A stretch of 64,000 nucleotides of DNA from an uncultured Erysipelotrichaceae bacterium (GCA_902764145.1 CACWUS010000005.1:4207-68206), one strand, 5' to 3'; positions 17,315 to 27,841 are shown, numbered from the stretch's first letter. Notes: generated by a model from the letters alone, not told the origin. Translations and numbers: made by a program.

Positions 17315-18508
17315 ATGAAAATTAAATTAGGTGTAATATTTGGTGGAGAAACTGTTGAGCATGAGGTAAGTATAATATCAGCTTTACAAGCAATTCAAAA
17401 TTTAAATAAGGATAAATATGAAGTGATTCCTTTGTATATATCAAAAGATAGAACTTGGTATACAGGTCATGTTCTTTTAGATGTTGAAAATTATAAAGAT
17501 TTCGATTTTATAAAAAAATATACAAAGAAAGTAACTTTATACAAAAAGAATGGTAGATTTTATATACAAAATACTACTGGACTATTTAGACATGATATTA
17601 CAGACATAGATATTGTTTTACCAGTTGTTCATGGTAATAATGTTGAAGATGGTACTTTAGCAGGATACTTAGATACAATTGGTATACCATATGTTGGATC
17701 TCATGTTTTAGGTGCAGCTTTAGGTCAAGATAAAGTTACTATGAAACAAGTTATGATGTCTGAAAATTTACCTATTGTGGATTTTACTTGGTTCTATGAT
17801 AATGAATATTTAGAAAATAAAAATGAAATACTTAAAGATATTAAAAAACTTGGATATCCTGTTGTAGTTAAACCAGCTACTCTTGGTAGTAGTGTCGGAA
17901 TTACATACGTTAAGAGTGAAAAGGATATTGAAAGTGCTATAGACGAAGCAATATCTTATGATACTAAAATAGTAGTTGAAAAAGCTGTTGAAAATTTAGT
18001 TGAAGTAAATTCAAGTGTTCTTGGAAACTATGAACATCAAAGAGTAAGTCCTCTTGAAGAAGTAATGGGTGTTGATGAAATTTTAAGTTATTCTGATAAG
18101 TATTTATCTAATTCTAAAACAAAGGGTAGTGGAAGTAAAGGAATGGCTTCTGCTAGTAGAATAATACCTGCTAGAATTAGTAAAGAACTTACAAATGATA
18201 TTAAAGAAACAAGTAAAAAAGTATTTAAATTACTTAATTTTAGTGGAGTAGTTAGAATAGATTATTTAATTGATTCTAAAACGAATAAATTTTATGTTAA
18301 TGAGCCAAATACAATTCCAGGAAGTTTATCTTTCTATTTATGGAAGGAAGATGGATTAAAATATGAAGATTTACTTGATGAAATGATTAGTATAGCTATT
18401 CGTGAATATAAGAATAAATCTAAAAAAGTCAGAAGTTTTAAAAGTAATATTTTGTCTGGATTTAGTGGTTCAAAAGGAGTTAAAGGAATTAAAGGACTTA
18501 AAAAATAG
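17315..18508 (+). CDS. ddl: D-alanine--D-alanine ligase
   Basis: GGETVEHEVS, VHGNNVEDG, KPATLGSSVG, YSDKY omega loop, RIDYL, NEPNTIPG. Confidence 0.92.
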   Translation: MKIKLGVIFGGETVEHEVSIISALQAIQNLNKDKYEVIPLYISKDRTWYTGHVLLDVENYKDFDFIKKYTKKVTLYKKNGRFYIQNTTGLFRHDITDIDIVLPVVHGNNVEDGTLAGYLDTIGIPYVGSHVLGAALGQDKVTMKQVMMSENLPIVDFTWFYDNEYLENKNEILKDIKKLGYPVVVKPATLGSSVGITYVKSEKDIESAIDEAISYDTKIVVEKAVENLVEVNSSVLGNYEHQRVSPLEEVMGVDEILSYSDKYLSNSKTKGSGSKGMASASRIIPARISKELTNDIKETSKKVFKLLNFSGVVRIDYLIDSKTNKFYVNEPNTIPGSLSFYLWKEDGLKYEDLLDEMISIAIREYKNKSKKVRSFKSNILSGFSGSKGVKGIKGLKK

Positions 18509-18534
18509 TCCTTTTTTTTTATAAAAAAAAGAAT

Positions 18535-19245
18535 TTATTCTGTCTGAATAAATTCTAATGTTCCTTTTACTTTTTTATTTGAAAGTAAATTGTGTTCTTC
18601 AAGTTGATTCTTAACTCTTTTAGCAACGCCGTTATTTCCATCTATAAGTTTAGAGTTTGGAAAGAATGATTGAATTCTATCCTTTATAATTGGATAATGT
18701 GTACATCCTAGAACTACTGCATCAATATCTTTCTTTTTATATTTATCTAAATTATCATGTAATATTTTATCTATATCTTTTTTGTCATTTCTTTCTATAG
18801 CATTTGCTAGTTTATCACATGGAACTAATATAATATTTTCATTCTCTCTTTTATTATTAGTTATGAGTTCATGTGTTCTTTCTGAAGAAATTGTACCTGG
18901 AGTAGCCATAACAAGTGTATTTTTATAGTTGTTATCACATGCAACTTTAATAGCTGGTTCTGTTCCTACAAATATCATATTTGGAAATTCACTTCTTAAG
19001 TAATTAATGCATTGTGTAGTAGCTGTGTTACATGCTATAACAATTAATTTAACATTTTTTTCTAACAATTTATTAACAATATTTTTTGTAATTTTGTTAA
19101 GTTCATCTATGGTCTTTTCTCCATATGGATTGTTTTTAGAGTCTGCATAGAAGATATAATCTTCGTTAGGTAATATTTTTCTAATTTCTTCTAATGTTGT
19201 AAGGCCACCAATACCTGAATCAAATACTCCAATTTTTTTATTCAT
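18535..19245 (-). CDS. murI: Glutamate racemase
   Basis: FDSGIGGL, PYGEK, IACNTAT and LGCTHYP (two catalytic Cys). Confidence 0.95.
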   Translation of the reverse strand: MNKKIGVFDSGIGGLTTLEEIRKILPNEDYIFYADSKNNPYGEKTIDELNKITKNIVNKLLEKNVKLIVIACNTATTQCINYLRSEFPNMIFVGTEPAIKVACDNNYKNTLVMATPGTISSERTHELITNNKRENENIILVPCDKLANAIERNDKKDIDKILHDNLDKYKKKDIDAVVLGCTHYPIIKDRIQSFFPNSKLIDGNNGVAKRVKNQLEEHNLLSNKKVKGTLEFIQTE

Positions 19246-19316
19246 ATTAATCATCTCTCTAAATATTATAGCATAATATTATTGAATATGTTAAAATTAG
19301 AGTGTTAGGAGTGTAT

Positions 19317-19835
19317 ATGGAAAGTATAATAAACTCAATTATAAATTTATTTAGTGGATTAGTTTCTATGAAATTTGGAAAGGAATTAATAGTTTTTATT
19401 ATATCATTAATGCCTGTGCTAGAACTTCGTGGTGGTTTAATTGCTGCATCTTTATTGAAATTAAATCCTATAAATGCTTATATTGTATCAATTGTTGGTA
19501 ATTTATTACCAATTCCTTTTATATTAATGTTTTTATCTAAAATATTAGATTGGATGGAAAAGAGTAAAATTAAATTATTTAAAAGTATTTCTGTTTGGCT
19601 AAGAAAGAAAGCAGATAAGAATAAACCTAAAATTGAAAAATATGGTTATTTAGGTTTGATATTATTTGTTGGTATTCCATTACCTGGAACTGGTGCTTGG
19701 ACAGGAAGTTTAGTAGCAACAGCACTAAATCTTGATAGAAAAAAAGCATTCTTATGTACTATAGCCGGTGTACTAATAGCAAGTGTAATAATGATGATAT
19801 TATCTTATGGTGTATTAAGTAATTTAATTAAATAA
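19317..19835 (+). CDS. Small multidrug export-type membrane protein (Sm_multidrug_ex)
   Basis: MPVLELRGG and FVGIPLPGTGAWTG signature; 4 TM. Confidence 0.88.
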   Translation: MESIINSIINLFSGLVSMKFGKELIVFIISLMPVLELRGGLIAASLLKLNPINAYIVSIVGNLLPIPFILMFLSKILDWMEKSKIKLFKSISVWLRKKADKNKPKIEKYGYLGLILFVGIPLPGTGAWTGSLVATALNLDRKKAFLCTIAGVLIASVIMMILSYGVLSNLIK

Positions 19836-19851
19836 AAAAGCATAACTATTT

Positions 19852-20571
19852 TTATGCTTTTAGTTTGTCAAAAATATTTCTTAAATCATCATGAATAACA
19901 AGAGTAGCCATATTATCAAAATCTGTTTTATCTCTGTTTAATATTACTAGATTTTTCCCTTTGAATAAGTTTAGCATTCCGCTTGCTGGATAAACAGTTA
20001 GAGATGATCCTGCTACGATTAGTGTATCAGCATGACTAATTGCATAGCTTGCATTCGCATAATCATACTCTGGTAACATTTCTCCATATAGAACCACATC
20101 TGGTTTTATTATGCCACCACATTCACATGTTGGTACACCTTCTGAATTAAAAACAAATTCTGCACTATATTCTTTATTACATCTTATACAATGATTCTTA
20201 TATGTAGTACCATGTAATTCATATACTTTTTTGTTTCCAGCTTTAGAGTGAAGGCCGTCTATATTTTGTGTTACGATAGCACTTAATTTTCCTTTCTTTT
20301 CAAGTTCATAAAAGAATTCATGTATTATATTGGGTTTAACATTTAAACAGTTTAATTTATCTTTATAAAATTTATAAAATTCTTCAGTATTTGAATAGAA
20401 AAATCCACTACTTAGAATCATTTCAGGAGGCCATTTATATTTCAAATTATAAAGACCATCTTTGCTTCTAAAGTCTTTTATTCCACTAAGTGTTGAAATA
20501 CCAGCGCCACTAAAAAATACAATTCTTTCACTTTCATCTATAATTTTTTGTAATTTATCTATTTTATTCAT
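19852..20571 (-). CDS. cobB: Sirtuin NAD-dependent protein deacylase
   Basis: GAGISTLSGIKDFR, TQNIDGLH, ELHG, Zn-binding CxxC...CxCG, KPDVVLYGE, GSSL. Confidence 0.93.
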   Translation of the reverse strand: MNKIDKLQKIIDESERIVFFSGAGISTLSGIKDFRSKDGLYNLKYKWPPEMILSSGFFYSNTEEFYKFYKDKLNCLNVKPNIIHEFFYELEKKGKLSAIVTQNIDGLHSKAGNKKVYELHGTTYKNHCIRCNKEYSAEFVFNSEGVPTCECGGIIKPDVVLYGEMLPEYDYANASYAISHADTLIVAGSSLTVYPASGMLNLFKGKNLVILNRDKTDFDNMATLVIHDDLRNIFDKLKA

Positions 20572-21448
20572 TAGTATTCTCCTTTAATATTTTTATAAAT
20601 TTTTTTGCTGTAAAACTAGGATATAATTCATTTTTAATAGCATATCCTAAAAACCTTTTATTGATTTGTTTATCTGTTTTAATTTCAAATATTGTTTTAT
20701 TTAATTTATCTTTTATATATTCTTTTGTTAATATTCCAATACCAAAGTTATTTTCTACTAATTTTTCAAGTAGATTATGAGAAACAACTTCCATTTTAGG
20801 ATTACATTTTAAATTGTTTAATGTCAAAAAATTATTGAAATTTATTCTTGTTATGGATGGATATTTTTGTAAGATAATATCTTCTTTTAATATTTCATTA
20901 ATTTTATTTGAACTTGTTTTATAATCTTTTCCTCTTACAAATATATCATTAAGTTCAGTTAATTTAGTAATTGTTATATCATTTAATTTTTGATTTGGTA
21001 TAGCAATAATTATTATATCTAGGTTACCATTTCTTAAATTTTTAATTAAATTATCAGTAAGGTCATTTGTGATATTTATTTCTACATTAGGATATAATTT
21101 ATGAAATTTTTTTAAATGTTTCATTAGATAGTTTTCAGATACTACTGTTGTTGCTCCTATATTTAATGTGCCAGTGTCAAGATTTTTTAGTGAACTAAAT
21201 TTATTAGTTCCATTTATAAAATAATTTATACCATCTTTAATATAATTATAAAGTTCTTCACCTTCGTTTGTAAGTACTACTCCTTTTGGCGTTCTAATAA
21301 ATAATTTTCCTCCAAGTTGATTTTCTAATGTTTGAATTGACTGACTAACTGCTGGTTGTGAAATCATTAATTTATTAGCTCCTTTAGATATACTTTTTTC
21401 TTTAGCAACTTCATAAAAAACTTTATATAATTCAAAATTTATATTCAT
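20564..21448 (-). CDS. LysR family transcriptional regulator
   Basis: N-terminal HTH (SISKGANKLMISQPAVSQSIQTLE...LFIR) plus substrate-binding domain; RBS before MNINFELY. Confidence 0.92.
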   Translation of the reverse strand: MNINFELYKVFYEVAKEKSISKGANKLMISQPAVSQSIQTLENQLGGKLFIRTPKGVVLTNEGEELYNYIKDGINYFINGTNKFSSLKNLDTGTLNIGATTVVSENYLMKHLKKFHKLYPNVEINITNDLTDNLIKNLRNGNLDIIIIAIPNQKLNDITITKLTELNDIFVRGKDYKTSSNKINEILKEDIILQKYPSITRINFNNFLTLNNLKCNPKMEVVSHNLLEKLVENNFGIGILTKEYIKDKLNKTIFEIKTDKQINKRFLGYAIKNELYPSFTAKKFIKILKENTNE

Positions 21449-21534
21449 ATAATCTCTCCTTATATTATACATAAGATATATATATTTTAATTATATATAA
21501 TTATTTTTTATAATACAAGTGAAAGGAAGAAAAT

Positions 21535-22017
21535 ATGAATAATAATGAAATTAGAAAAATAATGATTTTGAAAAAAGAAATTCAAGAATTTAATGCAAAA
21601 GTTAGAGAATTAAACCATTTTCTTCGAACTTATGAAAGTTCTTTTGTAAATGAAAATAGTATTGAGGCGTTAAGTAGAATTGAAAAATTTAAAAATGAAC
21701 TAATAAGTAAATGCATAGATGATAAAAAAAGTATTCAAAAAATATCTGAATCTATTAATTGTAGTCATGAATTAATAATAAAAGATTTTTTAGAAGATGA
21801 ATGTCCAATGTGTAAAAGAAGGTTTAAACATGATGAAAAAAGTATGAATGTAAAATATGTAGTTAGTTCTTATTATAACTATGATGAAGATGAGAAAGAT
21901 ATTAATTGTATTGTTTTAGATGCAAAGGATGAAACTGATGCTTGTGAAAGTTTACTTGAATATTTTGGCAAAAAACAAATTTGTGAAAAGATATATATAA
22001 GGAGACTTTTAAAATGA
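21535..22017 (+). CDS. Hypothetical protein, coiled coil plus CxH...CxxC motif
   Basis: 160 aa ORF with GAAAGGA RBS; CSH and CPMC. Confidence 0.6.
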   Translation: MNNNEIRKIMILKKEIQEFNAKVRELNHFLRTYESSFVNENSIEALSRIEKFKNELISKCIDDKKSIQKISESINCSHELIIKDFLEDECPMCKRRFKHDEKSMNVKYVVSSYYNYDEDEKDINCIVLDAKDETDACESLLEYFGKKQICEKIYIRRLLK

Positions 22018-23162
22018 AAAGAGAAGAGTTGAAAAAATTAGTTGAATATAAACTATTTAGAATGAGACTAACTAGTAGTCATTTAAAAGATTTAACTAGA
22101 AAATATGAAAAGTTTGAAGAAGTTAAAATAGACGAAAATGATTGGTTTCCTAATGTTGAAGGTTTAGAAAGTGAATTTGAAATATTAAAGAGTGAAGTTA
22201 AAGATTTTTTAAAAATGGAAGTAGATAGTGAAGAATATTTTAGAAATTATAAATGTAATCACCAAATAAGAATGACTAATTATGATTTGCGTTTTATGGG
22301 TAAATACGAGAAATGTGTACTTTGTGAGCGAGAATTTTATAATACCAATTGTAAACATAGTAAGGATGATATTGCAATGTTTATATCAAAAGAAATTACA
22401 GGTTATGATGAAGATGAAATATGTTATACTACACACTATACTGATTATAAGATATTAAAAATATTATTAAACATTTGTGAAATTAGTACAGAAGAAGATA
22501 TAGATATTGTAAAAGAATTAAATAAATTAAAATTGGATCATTGTGATATTATTAGAAATAAAAATAAGCGTTTTATATTATTCATAATAGGTAGTAATAG
22601 AGAAAGAATTGATGATTACACATATTATAGTAGTGAGAATGGTATATATTATAAAGATCTTATTAAAAAGTTTATAGAGTTGTTTAATGTTCACATTACA
22701 ATTGCAGGTAGAAAAGAAGATTTAAAAGAATATGAAGAAGATAAAACACTAGAGTTGTTGTCATATGATTCTATAGATGACTTAGAGAAAATAATAAAAA
22801 TAGGTGTTTCTAAATATGATTTAGTGATTGATATGAGTAGTTTGTTTAAAGTCAAAGTGAGTGGTGGGAATGTTAAACCGGAAAGATATAAAATTAATTA
22901 TGATAAGTTTTTACCAAATACTAAAGTCATTAGAATCAATGATTTATCCAAAGATAATAGAAGTAAACTAATAGAATATTTAAAAGAGAATTCTAATGAA
23001 TTTGCATATAATAGAATAATTAATAGTTGGTTTAATTATTATAGATATGATGAAAATTTGAAAGATTTTGACGAAACTAATCCATCAGAAGAAAATTGCA
23101 AATTGAAGGGATACTTAGATAATGGATTATTTGATGAAACTAGAAAACTATTATTTAAATAA
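22014..23162 (+). CDS. Hypothetical protein, coiled coil plus CxH...CxxC motif and C-terminal alpha/beta domain
   Basis: ATGA overlap with previous gene; CNH and CVLC. Confidence 0.6.
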   Translation: MKREELKKLVEYKLFRMRLTSSHLKDLTRKYEKFEEVKIDENDWFPNVEGLESEFEILKSEVKDFLKMEVDSEEYFRNYKCNHQIRMTNYDLRFMGKYEKCVLCEREFYNTNCKHSKDDIAMFISKEITGYDEDEICYTTHYTDYKILKILLNICEISTEEDIDIVKELNKLKLDHCDIIRNKNKRFILFIIGSNRERIDDYTYYSSENGIYYKDLIKKFIELFNVHITIAGRKEDLKEYEEDKTLELLSYDSIDDLEKIIKIGVSKYDLVIDMSSLFKVKVSGGNVKPERYKINYDKFLPNTKVIRINDLSKDNRSKLIEYLKENSNEFAYNRIINSWFNYYRYDENLKDFDETNPSEENCKLKGYLDNGLFDETRKLLFK

Positions 23163-23218
23163 TGTAAAATCATTAAAAATAAATATTATTTAATAATTTA
23201 TTGTGATAAAATTTAGTC

Positions 23219-23851
23219 ATGAAAAAATTAAAAATTTTATTTGAGGACAAATATTTAATAGCGGTTTATAAAAAAAGTGGGCTTCCTACTATAAAGGATA
23301 AAAAACATGTTAATAATTTATATAGTGAAGTTTATGATTATTTGCATAAAAAGAATGAACGTGTTTTTATTGTACATAGATTAGATGCTGATACTAGTGG
23401 GATTGTTTTGTTTGCCAAAAATGAGAATGTAAGAAATAATTTACAAGTTAATTGGGATGCTGTAATAAGAGAATATGTTAGTGTAGTACATGGTAAAGTT
23501 AATGATAAAGGAATTATTAAATCATATTTAAAGGAGACTAAAAGTTTAATTACTTATTCAACTAATGATAAGAAAAATGGTAAATATGCTGAAACTCATT
23601 ATGAAAAAATTGATTCAAATGACAAATATAGTCTGATTAAAATAGAAATCAAAACTGGAAGAAAGAATCAAATTAGAGTTCATATGAAAGATAATAAAAC
23701 TCCAATACTTGGAGATAAAAAGTATGGGATTAAAGATAAATTTAAAGAAATGTATTTGCTTGCTAATAGATTATTCTTTGTTCATCCAATTACAAGGAAA
23801 AGAATTGATATTAAATTAGATATACCAAAAAATTATAGAGACTTAATTTAA
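23219..23851 (+). CDS. RluA-family RNA pseudouridine synthase (no S4 domain)
   Basis: VHRLDADTSG (catalytic Asp), TGRKNQIRVH, ILGDKKYG. Confidence 0.92.
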   Translation: MKKLKILFEDKYLIAVYKKSGLPTIKDKKHVNNLYSEVYDYLHKKNERVFIVHRLDADTSGIVLFAKNENVRNNLQVNWDAVIREYVSVVHGKVNDKGIIKSYLKETKSLITYSTNDKKNGKYAETHYEKIDSNDKYSLIKIEIKTGRKNQIRVHMKDNKTPILGDKKYGIKDKFKEMYLLANRLFFVHPITRKRIDIKLDIPKNYRDLI

Positions 23852-24568
23852 GTCTCTTTTTATTAATTTGGCGTGAACTACAGTTTTATCTGTATTGTTA
23901 TAGCAAGTTGAAAGTGTAAGAATATAGTCATCTATTGTAATATCTACATTATAGTTATAAATACTTCTTTTTTTAATTTTATTTATAAAAGTTTTAAAAT
24001 CTTTATCATTAAAATTGGTAGTAATATAATAATCTTCTGTTTTAATATGATAAGAACTAAATATTTGATAATAAAGAGTTTCATTTTCTAGATTTATTGT
24101 TATTATATGATTGTCCTTATTTTTATACCACTTCTTTGTTAATGTATTTTTAAGAGTTCCAAACATTGTTTTATCTTTTCTAGCATGAGCATATATTATA
24201 GTATTTTTATCATTAAAATTTTTATCATTTCTATAGTCCATAAATACCCATCCAGCAGTTGAATATTTATTATCAAAAGAATGTGTTAAATAATAATCAT
24301 TATTTTTATATTGGACAAATGGGTAATTAATATTAGTATTTTTTACTAGTAACCATCCAATTGTATTTTTGTTTTTACTTTTTAATTTTTTAAAATCTAT
24401 TTGTTTTTCGTTTGTTTCTTCATTAATAATAATGGACTTATCTATTTCTTCTATTAATTCTTCTGTATGAGTATTTTCTTTGTTCCACAAAATGATATTT
24501 ATAATGCTATAAATAAAAATAGCAAAAAAAATAATTGTTATACAAATTTGAAATGCTTTCTTCTTCAT
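23843..24568 (-). CDS. srtB: Class B sortase
   Basis: N-terminal TM; IGWL...TNINYP, YYLTH, FMDYR, IIYAH...MFG, LTLSTC (catalytic Cys) and VVHA. Confidence 0.92.
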   Translation of the reverse strand: MKKKAFQICITIIFFAIFIYSIINIILWNKENTHTEELIEEIDKSIIINEETNEKQIDFKKLKSKNKNTIGWLLVKNTNINYPFVQYKNNDYYLTHSFDNKYSTAGWVFMDYRNDKNFNDKNTIIYAHARKDKTMFGTLKNTLTKKWYKNKDNHIITINLENETLYYQIFSSYHIKTEDYYITTNFNDKDFKTFINKIKKRSIYNYNVDITIDDYILTLSTCYNNTDKTVVHAKLIKRDLN

Positions 24569-24593
24569 ATAACAATTATATAATAATTATAAT

Positions 24594-26645
24594 TTATTGT
24601 GTAGAAGTTTTTTCTACTTTTTTAACACTAGCTCTTCTTGTAGGTTGTGTTCCTTTTACAAATAAATGTAATTGACCACTTGATGATAGTAATGGAGGAT
24701 TTGATCCAACTGCTACCCTTGCAGCTACAATTCCCGAAGGACGTTTAAATCTTGATTTCTTTTCCATCACTTTATTTACAATTTCTCTTTGTATTTTTAT
24801 TCTTTCACTCCAAGCATGAGAAGAAGTGTTATAGGTTTTTTTAGTTAATTTATCATAACCATACCATATAGCTACTGAGTAGTCTGGTGAGAATGTTACT
24901 GTCCAAGCATCTCTTATAGTTGATGATGGTAATCTTAGTTTTTTAACTTGTTTATAGTCAGCACTACTTGTTCCAGTTTTAGTAGCAATATCAGTTCCTT
25001 TTACTTTTACAGTTGAACTAGTTACTTTTTTAAGCATATGAGAAATCATATAAGCTGTTGTGGCTTTCATGACTCTTTTTCTTTCAAAATTAAAATCTTC
25101 AACTATTTCTTCATTGGATTTTTTATAAACAATTTTAGTAATTGAATGTGGTTCTGCATAGTAACCACCATTACCAAATGCAGAATAAGCAGCTGCTAAT
25201 TGAACAGGACTAACTCCTGTAAAACCACCGATTGAGTGAGCTTCATTTATATATTTGGTTTTTCCTAAGTATTCTGGTGTTATTCCAAGAGATGTTACAA
25301 ACTTGTTAATTTTTGAATTACTTACTGCTTGAAAAGCTTGAAGAGCACATGTATTTCTTGATCTTACTAAGCATTGTTCAAGTGTTAAAAAACCTTGATA
25401 AGAGTTATCAACATTATGCATAACTCCACCATATGTATATTTAACTGGTCTATCAATAAATGGGGTATATGTTGACCAATTTTTATACTCAATTCCTGGT
25501 CCATAATCAAATAATGGTTTAGCAGTTGATCCTGGATGTCTACTTATTTGTGTAGCATAATTTAAAGACATTTCACTTTTTTTGTTTCTTCCTGCTCCAA
25601 CTGCAATAATTGCTCCTGTTTTATTATCAATTATTCCTATACCTACTTGTACTTTTTTATCTTTAAATTTATGCTTTTTATAAAATTTGTTTATTACGTC
25701 TTGTTTACTTTTAACCATTGTTGAATAAATATCCATGGAAACTTCATATGGGTTATTTCCAGTTCTATCAATTACTTCTTGAACAACAGTATCTATAAAT
25801 CCTTGATATGGATTAATTTTAGATGATTGTTTTTGTATAATATCTTCAACATCTATTTTCTTTGCTTCTTCTGCTTGTTCTTCTGATATATATCCGTGTC
25901 TTAGCATTAAACTAATTACTTCATTTTTTCTAGTTGTTGTTTTTTCTGGATTAACATATGGATCATAATCTCCTGGTGCTTGAAACATTCCAGCAATAGT
26001 AGCGGCCTCTACTAAGTTTAAATTACTAACGTCTTTATCAAAGTAAGTTTGTGATGCCATTTGAACACCATAATTCCCACCACCCAAATATGGAGCATTG
26101 ACATAAAATTCAAATATTTCTTCTTTTGAATAATCTCTTTCTATTTTAAATATTGACATATAAATATCAGTAAATTTTCTTACTATTCCTGCCATACCAG
26201 ACGCTTCTGTTGAAGTGAATGTATTTTTTGATACTTGCATAGTTATTGTAGAAGCTCCACCAGCATTGTTACCAGTAAAGTATCCATAACTAGCTTTTAA
26301 AAATCTTGGTAAATCTATTCCATGGTGATCAAAAAACCTTGAGTCTTCAGTTGCAACTATAGCATCAATTAATACTTGAGGTAACTCTTCATAAGTAACA
26401 ATTTCTCTTTTTTCAGTCCCAATTGTTGCGATTAAATCACCTTTGGAGTCATATATATTAGATGATTCTTGTTTATATAATAAATCTGTATTAAATTCAG
26501 GCGCATTAACATATATATAATAGAAGAAACCTGTCATAATCATACCTAAAAAAACTATAATAGAAAGAATTATAGTTAAAAACTTGTTCCAAAAAAGTTT
26601 GTTATTTTTATGATTAACTTTTTTATTAGTCTTTTTCTTTTTCAT
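24594..26645 (-). CDS. ponA: Class A penicillin-binding protein (transglycosylase/transpeptidase)
   Basis: ATEDSRF, GGASTITMQ, KEEIFEFYVN; SxxK (STAK), SxN (SRN), KTG motifs. Confidence 0.93.
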   Translation of the reverse strand: MKKKKTNKKVNHKNNKLFWNKFLTIILSIIVFLGMIMTGFFYYIYVNAPEFNTDLLYKQESSNIYDSKGDLIATIGTEKREIVTYEELPQVLIDAIVATEDSRFFDHHGIDLPRFLKASYGYFTGNNAGGASTITMQVSKNTFTSTEASGMAGIVRKFTDIYMSIFKIERDYSKEEIFEFYVNAPYLGGGNYGVQMASQTYFDKDVSNLNLVEAATIAGMFQAPGDYDPYVNPEKTTTRKNEVISLMLRHGYISEEQAEEAKKIDVEDIIQKQSSKINPYQGFIDTVVQEVIDRTGNNPYEVSMDIYSTMVKSKQDVINKFYKKHKFKDKKVQVGIGIIDNKTGAIIAVGAGRNKKSEMSLNYATQISRHPGSTAKPLFDYGPGIEYKNWSTYTPFIDRPVKYTYGGVMHNVDNSYQGFLTLEQCLVRSRNTCALQAFQAVSNSKINKFVTSLGITPEYLGKTKYINEAHSIGGFTGVSPVQLAAAYSAFGNGGYYAEPHSITKIVYKKSNEEIVEDFNFERKRVMKATTAYMISHMLKKVTSSTVKVKGTDIATKTGTSSADYKQVKKLRLPSSTIRDAWTVTFSPDYSVAIWYGYDKLTKKTYNTSSHAWSERIKIQREIVNKVMEKKSRFKRPSGIVAARVAVGSNPPLLSSSGQLHLFVKGTQPTRRASVKKVEKTSTQ

Positions 26646-26800
26646 AACAGTTCCCCCACAATTAATAAGTATACCACAATAATATTATTAACATAAATAA
26701 AAATTATATACTTTTTTATGAAATTTTTGTGTTTTTGTTTTTTCAGTATAATTTACTTATAAATATTTAAATGATATAATGTTTTTTGAAGGGTGATAAA

Positions 26801-27727
26801 ATGAAAAAATGTGTAGTTATTTATAATCCTAATAGTGGTAAATTATCAAATAGAAATGATGTTAAGAAAATATATAAATTACTTGAAAATTATGGTTATG
26901 AGACAGAAATAATTTACACAGAATATAAAGGACATGCAAAAGAATTAACTAAAAAACTTAAAGATGTTGATCTTTTGTTATGTGCTGGTGGAGATGGAAC
27001 TTTAAATGAAGTAATATCTGGAAATATAGAAAGAAAAAAGCCAATATTATTAGGTCATTTACCACTTGGAAGTGTTAATGATGTAGCTCATATGTATGGT
27101 ATGAGTGGCAACACTGTTCATAATATAGTTATGTTATTAAATGGAGTTTCTAAAAATGTAGATGTTTGTTTACTTAACAATAATCCTTTTGTATATGTAG
27201 CATGTATGGGAGCTTTTGTAGATATATCATATGCAACACCTAGAAAGTTAAAAGAAAAATATGGACGTATAGCATATGTTATGTATGGAATAAAACAACT
27301 AAAACAAAAAATGCAATTTCATAATGTTAAATACACTGTTGATGGAAAAGAATATGAGAATAAATTTTCTTTTATATTTATAACTAATAGTAATAGAGTT
27401 GGTGGAATGAATATTAAAGATATATATAATGATGTTAAGCTTGATGATAATAAGTTTGAAGTACTAATGTGTGATATTAAAAGTAAATGGGATATTTTAA
27501 AAGCACTTCATTATTTAAAAAGAAGAGAATTGAATGATATTCCAGGATTTACTTATTTTAAAACAGATTATATAAAGTTAGAGTTCGATGAAATACCACC
27601 TTCATGGTGTATTGATGGTGATGAATTAACACATGATAGTAAAGTTTTTGAAATAAAGATTAATAAAGATAATCATATGCTACTACCAAGTAAAAATATT
27701 GATATATTATTTGAAAATAATGATTAG
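26801..27727 (+). CDS. Diacylglycerol/lipid kinase (YegS/DagK family)
   Basis: YNPNSG, GGDGTLNEV, PLGSVND..H, IDGD. Confidence 0.9.
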   Translation: MKKCVVIYNPNSGKLSNRNDVKKIYKLLENYGYETEIIYTEYKGHAKELTKKLKDVDLLLCAGGDGTLNEVISGNIERKKPILLGHLPLGSVNDVAHMYGMSGNTVHNIVMLLNGVSKNVDVCLLNNNPFVYVACMGAFVDISYATPRKLKEKYGRIAYVMYGIKQLKQKMQFHNVKYTVDGKEYENKFSFIFITNSNRVGGMNIKDIYNDVKLDDNKFEVLMCDIKSKWDILKALHYLKRRELNDIPGFTYFKTDYIKLEFDEIPPSWCIDGDELTHDSKVFEIKINKDNHMLLPSKNIDILFENND

Positions 27728-27841
27728 ATTCTAATAAATAATAGAATCTTTTTATTTACAAAAACATGTTAATTCATGATAAAAATATTTTAAAAAAATA
27801 ATTATTAGTTTATAATATATTATAGGATAGGAGAAGTTAGT

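Noticed and set aside
15711-18508. Glycopeptide-resistance (Van-type) ligase cluster
   Set aside because: Ddl has the Tyr-type YxxKY loop, and there is no vanH, vanX or vanRS
19852-20571. Sirtuin as an anti-phage SIR2 NADase (Thoeris/DSR type)
   Set aside because: Has the canonical Zn-binding module and catalytic His of CobB-type deacylases, is only 239 aa, and has no recognisable defence partner
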